From positions 258,066-322,065 of the forward strand of contig JACJZU010000003.1 in assembly GCA_020635435.1 (NCBI GenBank): a stretch of 64,000 bases of DNA, in the 5' to 3' direction. The position numbers were made by a program, and so were the translations under genes. This DNA comes from Flavobacteriales bacterium. Lineage in GTDB: Bacteria; Bacteroidota; Bacteroidia; NS11-12g; UBA9320. Positions 19,600 to 29,942 of this stretch are shown piece after piece. The notes beneath the pieces were generated by a model. The model searched no databases, was not told the DNA's origin, and was given only the letters and a program-made list of their open reading frames with translations. Every line of letters starts with the position of its first letter. The stretch's first letter is position 1.

Positions 19600-20236
19600 C
19601 TTTCCTGTATTCATTGGACTTGCTGTGGCCTCATGCAACACAACGGAGGAAATTGGATCCATACAAGCCGATTTCTATCCGGCCGCTCAGGGAATGCGCC
19701 TCGAATACCGGGTGGATAGCATTCATTACAATGCATTTGAATCGCGGATCGATACCTTCATGGTTTACGAGCAACGGATCTTTGAAAAGACGATGGAATC
19801 AGGCAGGGAGGAGTTCAACATTCGGGTGAGCTATCGTTCAGACACGACTTCGAATTGGGAATTCAACCATTACGAAAAGATCCGCAAAACGGCCACAATG
19901 CTTGAGCAGGTAATTGCCAATGTCCGATACATACGCCTGGTGTTTCCGGTTGAAGTGGGAAAGATCTGGGATGGGAATGCCGGAAATTCTTCCTCAAAGG
20001 TTATGTTCCGCTACAAGGAGATAGGGGGAAGGGTCGTGAATTCTAACAGGATCTTTAGTAGTTGTTTGTTGGTGGATGAAGGTCGCGATTCATTGTTAAC
20101 CGGTATGTCCGGTGGTTTTGCATGGTACGCTGAGGGTTTGGGCTTGATCAAGTACGAGCATCGGGATATAGACCTGACAGGGAATGCCGCCGATGGTTAT
20201 AAATTGACCAAAGAACTCACGGATTGGCAGTTTTGA
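19562..20236 (+). CDS. Hypothetical lipoprotein, paralogue B of a tandem pair
   Basis: Start MSSRTRWKNLGLSFPVFIGLAVASCN, a lipobox. Contains RVDSIHYNAF and KIWDGNAGN motifs parallel to paralogue A. Overlaps the end of paralogue A by ~38 nt. Confidence 0.5.
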   Translation: MSSRTRWKNLGLSFPVFIGLAVASCNTTEEIGSIQADFYPAAQGMRLEYRVDSIHYNAFESRIDTFMVYEQRIFEKTMESGREEFNIRVSYRSDTTSNWEFNHYEKIRKTATMLEQVIANVRYIRLVFPVEVGKIWDGNAGNSSSKVMFRYKEIGGRVVNSNRIFSSCLLVDEGRDSLLTGMSGGFAWYAEGLGLIKYEHRDIDLTGNAADGYKLTKELTDWQF

Positions 20237-20256
20237 ATCCTTTATTTTGCGGCCCG

Positions 20257-21963
20257 ATGGTTAAGAGGCTCTTCATTGTTTTCTTGTTCCTGTGCATTTT
20301 CCTGAACATAGGGGAGGTCAAGTGTCAGCCCACTGCTGAATACCATCACTATCTCGTTCTTTTCAAGGACAAGGGATTGCGTTACACTTCTTTTCGCGAT
20401 TCGTTAAAGTTTCTCACGCCGGAGGCCCTCGATCGGAGAAAGCGGTTCCATATTGGACTGGATAGTTTCGACTTGCCGGTAACTAAGGCCTATCTCGATA
20501 ATATCAGATCTGCGGATGTACGGGTATTGTATGCCACGCGATGGCTCAATGGAGCGGTAATTCGGGTTAAAAACCACGATGCTGCCCGAATTCTGAGGAT
20601 AAAGTTCTTTGTAGATCAGGTCACCTATCTGGGTAGTGCAAAAATTTCAGGGGATCGGCAACTTCGCATTGAAGATCCTGATGAGCTCAATTCCGATCCT
20701 GCATCGGTTCCCTTCGATGTGAATGCATACGGTCAGGCAGCCGATCAGTTGAAAATGACGGCCATAGACAAGATCCATGCAAGCGGGTATTGGGGTGAAG
20801 GAATTCGGGTGGCCGTTTTGGATGCCGGATTCCGAAAGGTGAACAGCCTTTCTGCTTTCAAGCACCTTCGTACTGAAAAAGAGATACGAGTGTGGGATCT
20901 GGTTGATTTTGATGGAGAAGTTTACACCGATGATGCCCATGGAATGCATGTTCTGGGTTGTATGGCGGCCTGGGCTCCAAAGGAATATTCCGGCTCGGCT
21001 CCGGCCGCTGAATATTTCCTGTTTCGGACGGAGAATTCTGCTACCGAAACGCTCCTGGAAGAATTGAATTGGGTTCGTGCAGCAGAGATCGCCGACAGTT
21101 TAGGCATAGACATTATCAATTCCTCGTTGGGCTACACGACGTTCGACGAACCTTTGCCTCCCCATTCGAGAGATGATCTGGACGGGCAGACCACGTATAT
21201 AGCAAAGGCTGCTCAGATCGCTGTTTCCAGAGGTATACTTGTGGTGAACAGTGCCGGAAACGATGGAAACAAAAGCTGGAGGAAATTGAATTCACCCGCG
21301 GACGTTGAAGAAGTGGTATCCGTTGGCTCTGTTGATGCCAAGCTCAATCCATCTCCTTTCACCTCCAGTGGACCCACTGCCGATGGGCGCATGAAGCCTG
21401 ACGTTTGTGCATTGGGCAGTTCAACCGTATTGATCGCCACTTACGGGGGCGTTTACCGATCCAATGGAACCAGTTATTCTACGCCAATAATTGCAGGTGT
21501 AGGTGCATGTTTGATGGAAAAGCATCCGGAAGTGACTCCGATTGAGTTACGTCTGGCCCTTATTTTCAGCTCCTCGCGTTTTTCGAATCCGGATACGTTG
21601 CTTGGGTCCGGAATTCCGAATGCTTATTTTGCCAGCCTCGCACTCGGAGCAGATCTAGGTAGGGAGTCTGCAGTTGTTGAATCGCCCAAGAACATCAACT
21701 GCCCGGATTGTAATCTCAGCATTTACTCCCCCTCCGAAGTGAAGCATCCGCTGTACCTCTCGATCTACAGTTGTCGTAAGTTCATTTTTTTCAAATACTA
21801 CAAATACGAAGGTTCTCAGTACTTCAGGCGAATGGGCAACTTAGCCCGACTTACCCTCAACAATATCGACAACTCGCGGGATATTCGATTAAAAGCCGGA
21901 CCACACAAGAAAATAAAACCCCGTGCCAAAGCGTGGCTGGATATGGAATTTCCGGCTCAATAA
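20257..21963 (+). CDS. Subtilisin-like serine peptidase, family S8, secreted
   Basis: Catalytic Asp, His and Ser contexts (VAVLDAGF..., HGMHVLGCMAAW, GTSYSTPIIAGVGACL). Signal peptide MVKRLFIVFLFLCIFLNIGEVKC. The C-terminal ~90 aa are basic and aromatic-rich and do not resemble a T9SS sorting domain. Confidence 0.8.
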   Translation: MVKRLFIVFLFLCIFLNIGEVKCQPTAEYHHYLVLFKDKGLRYTSFRDSLKFLTPEALDRRKRFHIGLDSFDLPVTKAYLDNIRSADVRVLYATRWLNGAVIRVKNHDAARILRIKFFVDQVTYLGSAKISGDRQLRIEDPDELNSDPASVPFDVNAYGQAADQLKMTAIDKIHASGYWGEGIRVAVLDAGFRKVNSLSAFKHLRTEKEIRVWDLVDFDGEVYTDDAHGMHVLGCMAAWAPKEYSGSAPAAEYFLFRTENSATETLLEELNWVRAAEIADSLGIDIINSSLGYTTFDEPLPPHSRDDLDGQTTYIAKAAQIAVSRGILVVNSAGNDGNKSWRKLNSPADVEEVVSVGSVDAKLNPSPFTSSGPTADGRMKPDVCALGSSTVLIATYGGVYRSNGTSYSTPIIAGVGACLMEKHPEVTPIELRLALIFSSSRFSNPDTLLGSGIPNAYFASLALGADLGRESAVVESPKNINCPDCNLSIYSPSEVKHPLYLSIYSCRKFIFFKYYKYEGSQYFRRMGNLARLTLNNIDNSRDIRLKAGPHKKIKPRAKAWLDMEFPAQ

Positions 21964-22035
21964 AGATTCGAAGCAGGCAATTCCAGTTTGCCTCGCTGAG
22001 CCATGAGCGGTAAAATACTCAACGGGTCATTGAGC

Positions 22036-25000
22036 TCAATGCAGCACTTCCAATTTCACTGAAATGAGCTCACCGTGCCCACTCAATAACATCAGATAAT
22101 TGCCGGCGGGCACAGCAGTCAGATCGAGCGTTTCGGTCAGATCGTTCAATTTGCCCCCTTGCAGGCGCTTTCCCGAGATCTCGAAGAGATCGTATCGATG
22201 GAATCGCATGTGTTCCTGACTGACCACGACAAGATCGCGAACCGGATTTGGATAGAATTGAACACCGAAACGGGCTGCATCATGTATGCCCACACCGAAT
22301 GTAGCTGTGAATTGACCACGAAGCGTGTCGTTTCTAAGATCCTGATCATCAGCTAATTGTGTAAAAACTATTGTCTCATAGATACCGGTTTCACGTGGGA
22401 AGAATACACTATCGAAGGTTACGATGCGGTTTTTGCCACTATCGAGTGTAATGGTACGATCGGAACGAAATACCTGATCTCCGTTTCTCCAGATCTCATA
22501 ACGAAGTGGAAATTCATCCACCTGATCCGATTCACCAAGATTCGTAGCGACGCCTTTTGGAGCAATACGTTGGTTGTAGATCACTTCATCTTCATCGGTC
22601 GGGAATTCGATTCGCTCTATTCCAACATCGTCGGATTTAGCGGAATTGAACTTCATGTTTATCGTATCGTCTTCTGAGTAATTATCACCCGTGGCATCAA
22701 CCCATGCCTGAACGTTGAATTCCCCGTATTCAGCGGGAACATAGATGGCCGGGAACTGCACATTCAGGAAACTATCGGCTGAAAGCGGTCGGGTTTTAAC
22801 CCGGCTCCTGTATTGTTCAGTGCCCATGTACTGAATGCGCAACTCAACAGGAATGGAGTCGGTAATTGCCGAATAACCATCATTTCGGATCAACACCTCG
22901 GGAACGACTGGATCCCGATTCATTTCATAACGTTGGGCAGATGAGGGACTTAATATGGTCTGCATGGAAGCATTCAAAGCAGGAATGACCCGGAATTCAA
23001 CTTCAACTGTGTCGTTTGCCCGCAATTGATCGGATGACCAGCTTGAATAAAATAGGGCAGTGTATGTACCTTTTTCGGGCGCGAGCCATGAATTTCCAAA
23101 ACTGAATATTGATGAGCTGTCCGGTGCCAAATTTGTTCTGAACATCACAGAATCGCGGTATTCCAGGCTACCGGTTCTCAGGTTAAAGATGTTTACATAA
23201 ACCTTGGTCGAATCCGTGAAAGAGCTTAACCCCAGATTTTGAATAGCCCCCACAGGAATCAATGGATCAGTTAAGAGGTACTTCTTCCCTTCAGCGGGCA
23301 CCGATGGACCAAGCATCACAAGATCTCTTGGATGTACACCCCAGAATATGGTTTCGAGGGTGTCGTTGCTCCAATCCTGATCGCCTGATAACATGGCGAT
23401 GGCCCGGAAACGGTATCGTGCCGGTGTAGCAGGTAAGGTGAAATTATTGAAAATACTTTGGGTAGTCGAGTATTTGATCAAACTGTGCAGATTCGTATCG
23501 GCATAAACGATAGAACCTTTCGCATCAAAGATCTGAGCAATGATATGGAAACTATCCTGATCGCGTGAACCGAGATTCCGGATCTCCACGAACGGCTGGA
23601 AGCGATTGCCCAACGCAAAGCGTTGTCCATTCACCGGACGGTTGACCTTCTGGATTCCGATATCGTTTGCTTTGATTGAATTCACGTAGATCCGCGCGGT
23701 GTCGTTCGTTGGAAAGGAGTCGATATGGTTCGAGACAAAGGCCAAAAAGTAAATGATACCTTCTTTAGGAAGTGTGAGCGTATCAAAATCCAGGATCAGT
23801 GACTCTTTGCCGGCGAGGCTGAAACGCTGTTCTTGCTGATGCAGAACCTGATCATTTTGAACTAATTGCAGGGTGAGCAGTACATTGCGTTGGTCGCGGA
23901 TTCCATTGTTCACCAGTCGAACTATAGGCCAAATGGAATCGCTGTTCATTTCATATTCTGCCCCATTGATGGGATCGAAAAAGCGTTCCACCGCCAGATC
24001 ATGGCGTATCACGACATCAAATTGACGGTACAATGTATCGTTATCCTTGATCAGGTCTCCGGACAACTTCGTGTGTACACGCAATGTGAATCGCCCCAGA
24101 TTGTTTCGGGAAAATGAACTGTCGAAACGAATGCGCAATGAATCGTTGGATTTCAAGGTTACGGTTCGTACGCTCCTGTAAACTACCGAGTTGGAAGGAT
24201 TGATGATCTCACAAACTACATCGAAAGGTGCTTTTTGATCGTTGAAACCGTAATTTACAATGGTCACAGCAGGGCCAATGCTGTCGAACTGGTCATATTC
24301 GATGGTATCGTTGGCCGCCGGATAATCGACACGGAGAATTCCCACATCGTGCGCAACCTGTATTCTGGGCTGAATGTTGAATTTGAAATCGTAACCGGGT
24401 GAAAAGGGTGTCCAAACGTTATTGCCCAAAGGTGCAGTGAAGTAGAAGGCATCCGGACGCACCGGAATTTCAGGCTGATAGGCAAAAGCGATGTTATTTG
24501 TATCGGTTTGGCGCAGGCCCACAAAGAAATCGCCCCGCACCTGTACACGAGGGAGAACAGGAAGGATGTAATTCCCGATAACGGATTTGAGCGTATCGGA
24601 AGAGAAAATATTCTTTCCGGGCAATCCATTGCTGTCCGTTTCCCAAATACCGATCTGGAAGGGTAGTCCTTGTAAAACACCAAATTCAACCTTAACCTGA
24701 TTGATGTGACTGATACTATCGGAATGAAAGCGAGCCACAAAATCACCGGTGCTCCCCTGGAAACCAATCCCTCCGGCCATTCCGGTGAATGGGTCTGCAT
24801 GCGAATAAACGTTGTAATTGACGAGTCTGTCGATGAAAGAGGTGTCGTCACCCGCAAATCCATCTTTCCCGATCACAACGGTTAGTCGTTCTCTGCCCTG
24901 GGTATCGGGTTGGTGGTTGGAGAATTTGACAATACGCGATTCGAAAGGAGGAATTTCCGACACGGTAGTAGAGTCCAGAAAATGGTTGGCTCCACGCACG

Positions 25001-25806
25001 TGAAGGTAGACCGGGTGATTGCGAACTGTATCCAATCCCGCATTACTGATCAGGGCCCGCACGGTATCCGGTGATCCCATGAGCGTAGGTACTCGACCAA
25101 GTGCATAGACCATTTCTGCGGATAAATTAATCCGATGTCGGAAAAAATTGATACGGATATATGGTTTGCGCAGATTGGAGTTGTTTGTTGTCGCAGCGGG
25201 TGTTCCTGTGCCAAATATGAATTTCGTTTCGTTGTTGGATACAAACTGAGGTACTGTGAGGTTGTTTTCATAAACCCAGGTTACTGGTACCGCGTGAGCC
25301 GTATCTTGAATGAATTCCACCAAGATCTCCAAATTGCGACCACGTGTGGTGTCGTAAACGTAGGGTCTGTCAAGTGTGAAGCGCTTCCAACCAGTTCCGC
25401 CTGCTGCAATAGCCGTAGGGTCGCCGTCAAAAACCTTTTGAGCTCCGGTGGCCGTTGTTCGACTCACCCAATTGAGGTTCGTACTTCCATAATCGGGTAG
25501 AATGCTGTTATTCAGGTAGATCCTGAATTGAGGATCTCCGAGAAAACCCGCGGTGCTGCTTTTGAAAAACTCCAGGCTCCGGATGGAATCGCCGTGCTGC
25601 AATACACCCAGCGTTGCTTCGGGATAGATGTATGCGTGCCGGTTATACGCACTGTTCTGTGTTGTATTCGTGGTCATAGGACCAAAGGTGTTCGAACCCC
25701 AGTATGAGTTTTGTCCGATTATCGTGTATTGGGCATAACTCCAAACCGGAAAGCACATCAATACAAAAAGTGCCGCGGTAAAAACAGTGTTATTGAATCT
25801 GAGCAT
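22036..25806 (-). CDS. Very large (1256 aa) secreted protein with type IX secretion (Por) C-terminal sorting domain. Hypothetical surface or adhesin-like protein.
   Basis: Signal peptide MLRFNNTVFTAALFVLMCFPVWSYAQ. Internally repetitive Ig/CARDB-like beta-rich segments. C-terminus ...FYPNPVRDLVVVS...AGNYLMLLSGHGELISVKLEVLH is a typical T9SS sorting domain. Confidence 0.75.
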   Translation of the reverse strand: MLRFNNTVFTAALFVLMCFPVWSYAQYTIIGQNSYWGSNTFGPMTTNTTQNSAYNRHAYIYPEATLGVLQHGDSIRSLEFFKSSTAGFLGDPQFRIYLNNSILPDYGSTNLNWVSRTTATGAQKVFDGDPTAIAAGGTGWKRFTLDRPYVYDTTRGRNLEILVEFIQDTAHAVPVTWVYENNLTVPQFVSNNETKFIFGTGTPAATTNNSNLRKPYIRINFFRHRINLSAEMVYALGRVPTLMGSPDTVRALISNAGLDTVRNHPVYLHVRGANHFLDSTTVSEIPPFESRIVKFSNHQPDTQGRERLTVVIGKDGFAGDDTSFIDRLVNYNVYSHADPFTGMAGGIGFQGSTGDFVARFHSDSISHINQVKVEFGVLQGLPFQIGIWETDSNGLPGKNIFSSDTLKSVIGNYILPVLPRVQVRGDFFVGLRQTDTNNIAFAYQPEIPVRPDAFYFTAPLGNNVWTPFSPGYDFKFNIQPRIQVAHDVGILRVDYPAANDTIEYDQFDSIGPAVTIVNYGFNDQKAPFDVVCEIINPSNSVVYRSVRTVTLKSNDSLRIRFDSSFSRNNLGRFTLRVHTKLSGDLIKDNDTLYRQFDVVIRHDLAVERFFDPINGAEYEMNSDSIWPIVRLVNNGIRDQRNVLLTLQLVQNDQVLHQQEQRFSLAGKESLILDFDTLTLPKEGIIYFLAFVSNHIDSFPTNDTARIYVNSIKANDIGIQKVNRPVNGQRFALGNRFQPFVEIRNLGSRDQDSFHIIAQIFDAKGSIVYADTNLHSLIKYSTTQSIFNNFTLPATPARYRFRAIAMLSGDQDWSNDTLETIFWGVHPRDLVMLGPSVPAEGKKYLLTDPLIPVGAIQNLGLSSFTDSTKVYVNIFNLRTGSLEYRDSVMFRTNLAPDSSSIFSFGNSWLAPEKGTYTALFYSSWSSDQLRANDTVEVEFRVIPALNASMQTILSPSSAQRYEMNRDPVVPEVLIRNDGYSAITDSIPVELRIQYMGTEQYRSRVKTRPLSADSFLNVQFPAIYVPAEYGEFNVQAWVDATGDNYSEDDTINMKFNSAKSDDVGIERIEFPTDEDEVIYNQRIAPKGVATNLGESDQVDEFPLRYEIWRNGDQVFRSDRTITLDSGKNRIVTFDSVFFPRETGIYETIVFTQLADDQDLRNDTLRGQFTATFGVGIHDAARFGVQFYPNPVRDLVVVSQEHMRFHRYDLFEISGKRLQGGKLNDLTETLDLTAVPAGNYLMLLSGHGELISVKLEVLH

Positions 25807-26054
25807 TGCTCAAATCTAAAACAAAAGGTAGGCGTATAGTTTGCCCCTGACTAAATATTGACCGGAACATTATGCGAAATGTCACGATTTCTAACCCTAT
25901 ACCGGTTATTCTGTCTTTTCCGACCTGCACCTGCTTTCCCAATCAGCTTAGTTGGTGTCGCCCATAAATTGGTTTAAATGGAACCCAGTTTTCATTTTAA
26001 CTGACTCCAACGGATTGTTTACCTTGCCTGCCCGAAACAGTAAAAGAGCGCAAA

Positions 26055-28106
26055 ATGCCCAACCAACTCATACACGAGAGCAGTCCTTATTTGCTCCAAC
26101 ACGCAAACAATCCGGTAAATTGGCTTCCATGGAATGCTGAAAGTCTGAAGCTCGCTGTAGACATGGACAAACCCATATTGGTGAGCATAGGGTATTCCAG
26201 TTGTCATTGGTGCCATGTGATGGAGCACGAAAGTTTTGAAGATGAGGAAGTTGCATCCCTCATGAATGCACACTTCATATGTATCAAAGTGGATCGGGAG
26301 GAGCGGCCTGACGTAGACCACTACTACATGGAAGCACTTCAACACATGACCGGAAGAGGTGGTTGGCCTTTGAACTGTTTCGCCCTTCCAGATGGGAAAA
26401 CATTTCACGGAGGGACCTATTACCGCAAAAACGATTGGATGCGATTGTTATCGAGAGTACATGAGGAATTTACCAGGAACAGAGCGAAGCTTGAGCAATT
26501 TGCGGAAGAACTGGAACAGGGAATCCGTAAAAGCACCATACTGGCAGAATATCCGGGGTCGGATGCGCGTGATACCATATTGTTCTTGAATGAAGCAGTT
26601 GACAAATGGGGCGATCAATTCGACAAGGAGTGGGGAGGTTTTGGCAATGCCCCAAAATTCCCGATGCCCAACAATTTGGAATTTCTATTGCGTTTTGCGG
26701 AATTGAGGGATCGATCGGACATTCGGACATTTATACTACATACCCTTGACCAGATGGCTTCCGGCGGGATCTACGATCAGCTTGGCGGCGGTTTTTCGCG
26801 CTACAGCGTGGATCATAAATGGCATGTTCCACATTTTGAGAAGATGCTTTACGATAATGCGCAGTTGCTCGGTATGTATGCCCAGGCCTTTCAGGTCAGT
26901 AAAAAAGAGCGTTATCGGAACATCGTAAATCAAACCGTAGATTGGCTGGAAAGGGAAATGAAAGATCCGTCCGGTATGTTCTATTCGGGATTGGACGCTG
27001 ATAGTGAAGGGGAGGAGGGATTGTTCTACACCTGGACAATGTCGGAATTGAAAGAAATTTTGGGAGATGACCTTGCATTGGCCGACGACCTTTTCCAGAT
27101 CTCGAAAGCGGGCTATTGGGAAAGCGATCGCTTTATTTTGCACTTCTGCCCCGATACGTCTGCGGTTCGGGCCAAATACAATCTCTCGGAAAACCAATTC
27201 CAAATTACCGAACAACAGATCCGAAAAAGATTGATGGCCGTACGTTCCCGAAGAATACGACCAGGCCTGGATGATAAATGTCTGACTTCGTGGAATTCCT
27301 TATTGGTTTGTGGACTGCTGGACGCCTACAATGCATTTGGGGAGAAAAGGTTTCTGGAGATCGCACAAGTTCTTTTCAATGAATTGCAAACAGGACTTAG
27401 AGAAGTTGAAGGAGAGAAGGAGCTTTTCCGAAACCGTCACCGCGGTCATTGGAAGATCAGTGCATTTTTAGATGATCATGCCATGTTGATGCGTGCCGCC
27501 ATTCGGATGTACGAAACCACTCTCGTTGAGGATCATGCAAATTTTGCATTAGAACTCATGGACATTGTGTTGAATTCCTTTTACAGCAAAGAAACACACC
27601 TATTCCATTTTAGTCCGCTGGATAACAAGGAGTTAGGTGTAAATGCCGTAGAGTACTACGATACTGTGATGCCCTCCAGCGCCAGTGTACTTTATCGCAA
27701 CCTGATCTGGATCGGCCGATTCTGGCATAGGGACGATCTGTTGGAGATCGCCTCTGATCTCACAGATCGAATTGCTCACGGCATTGGCAAATGGCCGGGA
27801 GGATTCAGCAATTGGATGCAAGGAATGATGGATCAGAATTCGCGCATGGAAATGATCATTTGTGGCGATCGTGCTTTGCAACTGCGGGATGAGCTTGCCC
27901 TGCATTATTTACCTGAGTTGCTATGGGGAGGTTCAACAACCAACTCGGAATTGCCATTACTGAGGGATAGAACGACTCCGGATCACACGTTCATCTATTT
28001 CTGCGAGCATGAGCGATGCAAATTGCCCGTAGAGGAAGTGGCCGATGCCCTTCAAATGTACCGAAGGGCGATCCAAGCCGATGCAGATGATCACGCATCT
28101 CAATAA
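26055..28106 (+). CDS. Thioredoxin-domain protein YyaL/SSP411 family (DUF255 plus six-hairpin glycosidase-like domain)
   Basis: [17 protein letters not shown]...[20 protein letters not shown] is the DUF255/thioredoxin-like signature. 683 aa is typical for the family. Confidence 0.85.
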   Translation: MPNQLIHESSPYLLQHANNPVNWLPWNAESLKLAVDMDKPILVSIGYSSCHWCHVMEHESFEDEEVASLMNAHFICIKVDREERPDVDHYYMEALQHMTGRGGWPLNCFALPDGKTFHGGTYYRKNDWMRLLSRVHEEFTRNRAKLEQFAEELEQGIRKSTILAEYPGSDARDTILFLNEAVDKWGDQFDKEWGGFGNAPKFPMPNNLEFLLRFAELRDRSDIRTFILHTLDQMASGGIYDQLGGGFSRYSVDHKWHVPHFEKMLYDNAQLLGMYAQAFQVSKKERYRNIVNQTVDWLEREMKDPSGMFYSGLDADSEGEEGLFYTWTMSELKEILGDDLALADDLFQISKAGYWESDRFILHFCPDTSAVRAKYNLSENQFQITEQQIRKRLMAVRSRRIRPGLDDKCLTSWNSLLVCGLLDAYNAFGEKRFLEIAQVLFNELQTGLREVEGEKELFRNRHRGHWKISAFLDDHAMLMRAAIRMYETTLVEDHANFALELMDIVLNSFYSKETHLFHFSPLDNKELGVNAVEYYDTVMPSSASVLYRNLIWIGRFWHRDDLLEIASDLTDRIAHGIGKWPGGFSNWMQGMMDQNSRMEMIICGDRALQLRDELALHYLPELLWGGSTTNSELPLLRDRTTPDHTFIYFCEHERCKLPVEEVADALQMYRRAIQADADDHASQ

Positions 28107-28149
28107 ATCAAAAGCTTCCCGATCGCTACATCTATTGATCGAATTAAAA

Positions 28150-28178
28150 AAAGCGACGCCATATGCTGACGTCGCTTT
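28150..28178. terminator. Bidirectional intrinsic terminator (AAAGCGACG-loop-CGTCGCTTT flanked by an A-run and a T-run) between the convergent yyaL-like and NHL genes
   Basis: 9-bp stem with a poly-A tract upstream and a poly-T tract downstream. Read directly from the sequence. Confidence 0.6.
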
Positions 28179-28200
28179 TCGCAATGAAATGGTCCAGAAC

Positions 28201-29883
28201 CTATTGAATCACCAGTCGGTGTGCTCCGGATTCGCCGTTTTGCTCGAGAACAAGCATGTAGATACCTTTCGACAGACCGGGCAATTCCATATGGATCTGA
28301 GCGCCGTTCAAATCATTCTCGGTAAATACCAATGTTCCGTTCAGGTCGTAGATAGACACGCTCGCACCGGAAAAGCTGGAGTGGGTGTTTTTCAGATTGA
28401 GTGAAGTTCCGCTGCTCGGGTTCGGGTACACAGTAACACCAGTGAGTGCGTTGTACTTGCGCACACTTCCTGTTCGCGAAACGTTGATGAACGAGTTCTT
28501 ATCTTCCACATCATTACCATACTCATTGGTGACTTCCAGTTTAACGGAATAGAATCCTGTCGCCTTGAATTTTACTGTGATATCCTTGCTGCTGTTCAAA
28601 TCGCCACTCACCAAAGTTACATTGGAATTTGAACCGCTGAGGTCAACTACTGTCCATTTGCGTTGCGTGGCCGGTTTACCTCCGGAAATGTCGGTGATGG
28701 TGGTTTCCTCGTCGATCTGAAGGGACGTTTTTGTAGCCGAGAAATCGGCAGTAGGACTCAGGTTATCGATCGTGATCTTGCGAATAACGTTGAAGTATAC
28801 GTCGGTGGCATACAGCGCATTGTTCCCGTCGAAAGCTAGACCGGCAAGGCGTCCGAAGCGGGCATTCTGACCATTTCCATCTGTATTGCCTGCAGAAGCT
28901 CCATTTCCGGCGAAAGTGCTCACCGTTTTATTCACTTCATCGATGACACGAATACAGCTCTGATCTGCTACATAGATGAGGCCGTCTACTACAACGATTC
29001 CTTTCGGGCTTACGAAACGAGCTTCAGTCAAACTGCCATCCTTGTACCAGTTCTCACCATATTTTCCGCAGATCGTAGTCGTTGCGCCCGTGGTGATATT
29101 CACTTTGCGAATGGAGGAATTCCAGTTGTCGGTTACGACAACGTGGTTTGCATCATACATGGCGATGCCGTAAGGTCCTCCAAATCGGGAAGCAGCTCCA
29201 CTACTGGCATCTACACTTCCGTCGCTACCTGCCTGACCGGCAATAGTGGTCACGGCTCCATTTGAGGTTACTTTGCGAATTACAAAATTCAGATCGTCGC
29301 ACACATAGAAGTTTCCTTTTCCATCAGCCACAATTCCCTTTGGACTGTCAAATCGGGCCTGAGCACCGCTTGCATCTACGTGTCCTGCAGTACCGCGACT
29401 GTCAATTCCGCCACTTGGGTTGGCTCCGGCAAACGTGCTAACAACCTGTCCGTTGCCAATATTCACAAACGCACTTAGTTTTCGAAGGGCGTGATTCTCG
29501 CAATCTACGATGAGCATATCTCCACTCGACATAGGAGCAAGCGATGTTGGTCGGAAATAGGATCCGGCTACACCGGTTCCATTCAAGTAGCCATGTGACT
29601 TGGTTCCATCGCCCAGATCACCACTTCGGTTATATACTTTTCCGCCTTGAACGATCCGAACTTTGTTGCGCTCGGTGATGTACATAACGCCATTGGCATC
29701 CCATGCGATCCCTTCGGGTTCATAAAAATATGCATCGGCCAGATCCGTGGTAACGTTGTTGAAATTCGTCCAGGGGTCGATGGTGTTCTCTTTTCCGGCA
29801 AAAGTTGTCACGGTTTGGGCTTGAAGCAGCGCCGAACCGAGAACTGTAGTAAAGGCTAAGGTGTAAAATTGTTTCAGGTTCAT
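28201..29883 (-). CDS. NHL-repeat beta-propeller protein with T9SS C-terminal sorting domain
   Basis: Signal peptide MNLKQFYTLAFTTVLGSALLQAQ. Repeated ...YV(A/C)D... NHL-like blades. C-terminal VYPNPSSGTSLNL...GIYMLVLEQNGESGAHRLVIQ is a T9SS sorting domain. Confidence 0.7.
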   Translation of the reverse strand: MNLKQFYTLAFTTVLGSALLQAQTVTTFAGKENTIDPWTNFNNVTTDLADAYFYEPEGIAWDANGVMYITERNKVRIVQGGKVYNRSGDLGDGTKSHGYLNGTGVAGSYFRPTSLAPMSSGDMLIVDCENHALRKLSAFVNIGNGQVVSTFAGANPSGGIDSRGTAGHVDASGAQARFDSPKGIVADGKGNFYVCDDLNFVIRKVTSNGAVTTIAGQAGSDGSVDASSGAASRFGGPYGIAMYDANHVVVTDNWNSSIRKVNITTGATTTICGKYGENWYKDGSLTEARFVSPKGIVVVDGLIYVADQSCIRVIDEVNKTVSTFAGNGASAGNTDGNGQNARFGRLAGLAFDGNNALYATDVYFNVIRKITIDNLSPTADFSATKTSLQIDEETTITDISGGKPATQRKWTVVDLSGSNSNVTLVSGDLNSSKDITVKFKATGFYSVKLEVTNEYGNDVEDKNSFINVSRTGSVRKYNALTGVTVYPNPSSGTSLNLKNTHSSFSGASVSIYDLNGTLVFTENDLNGAQIHMELPGLSKGIYMLVLEQNGESGAHRLVIQ

Positions 29884-29942
29884 AGTTTCGGTGAATTCGG
29901 AAGTTTAAAATCCGCCCCGAAAATAAGGAAAGCCCCTGAATG

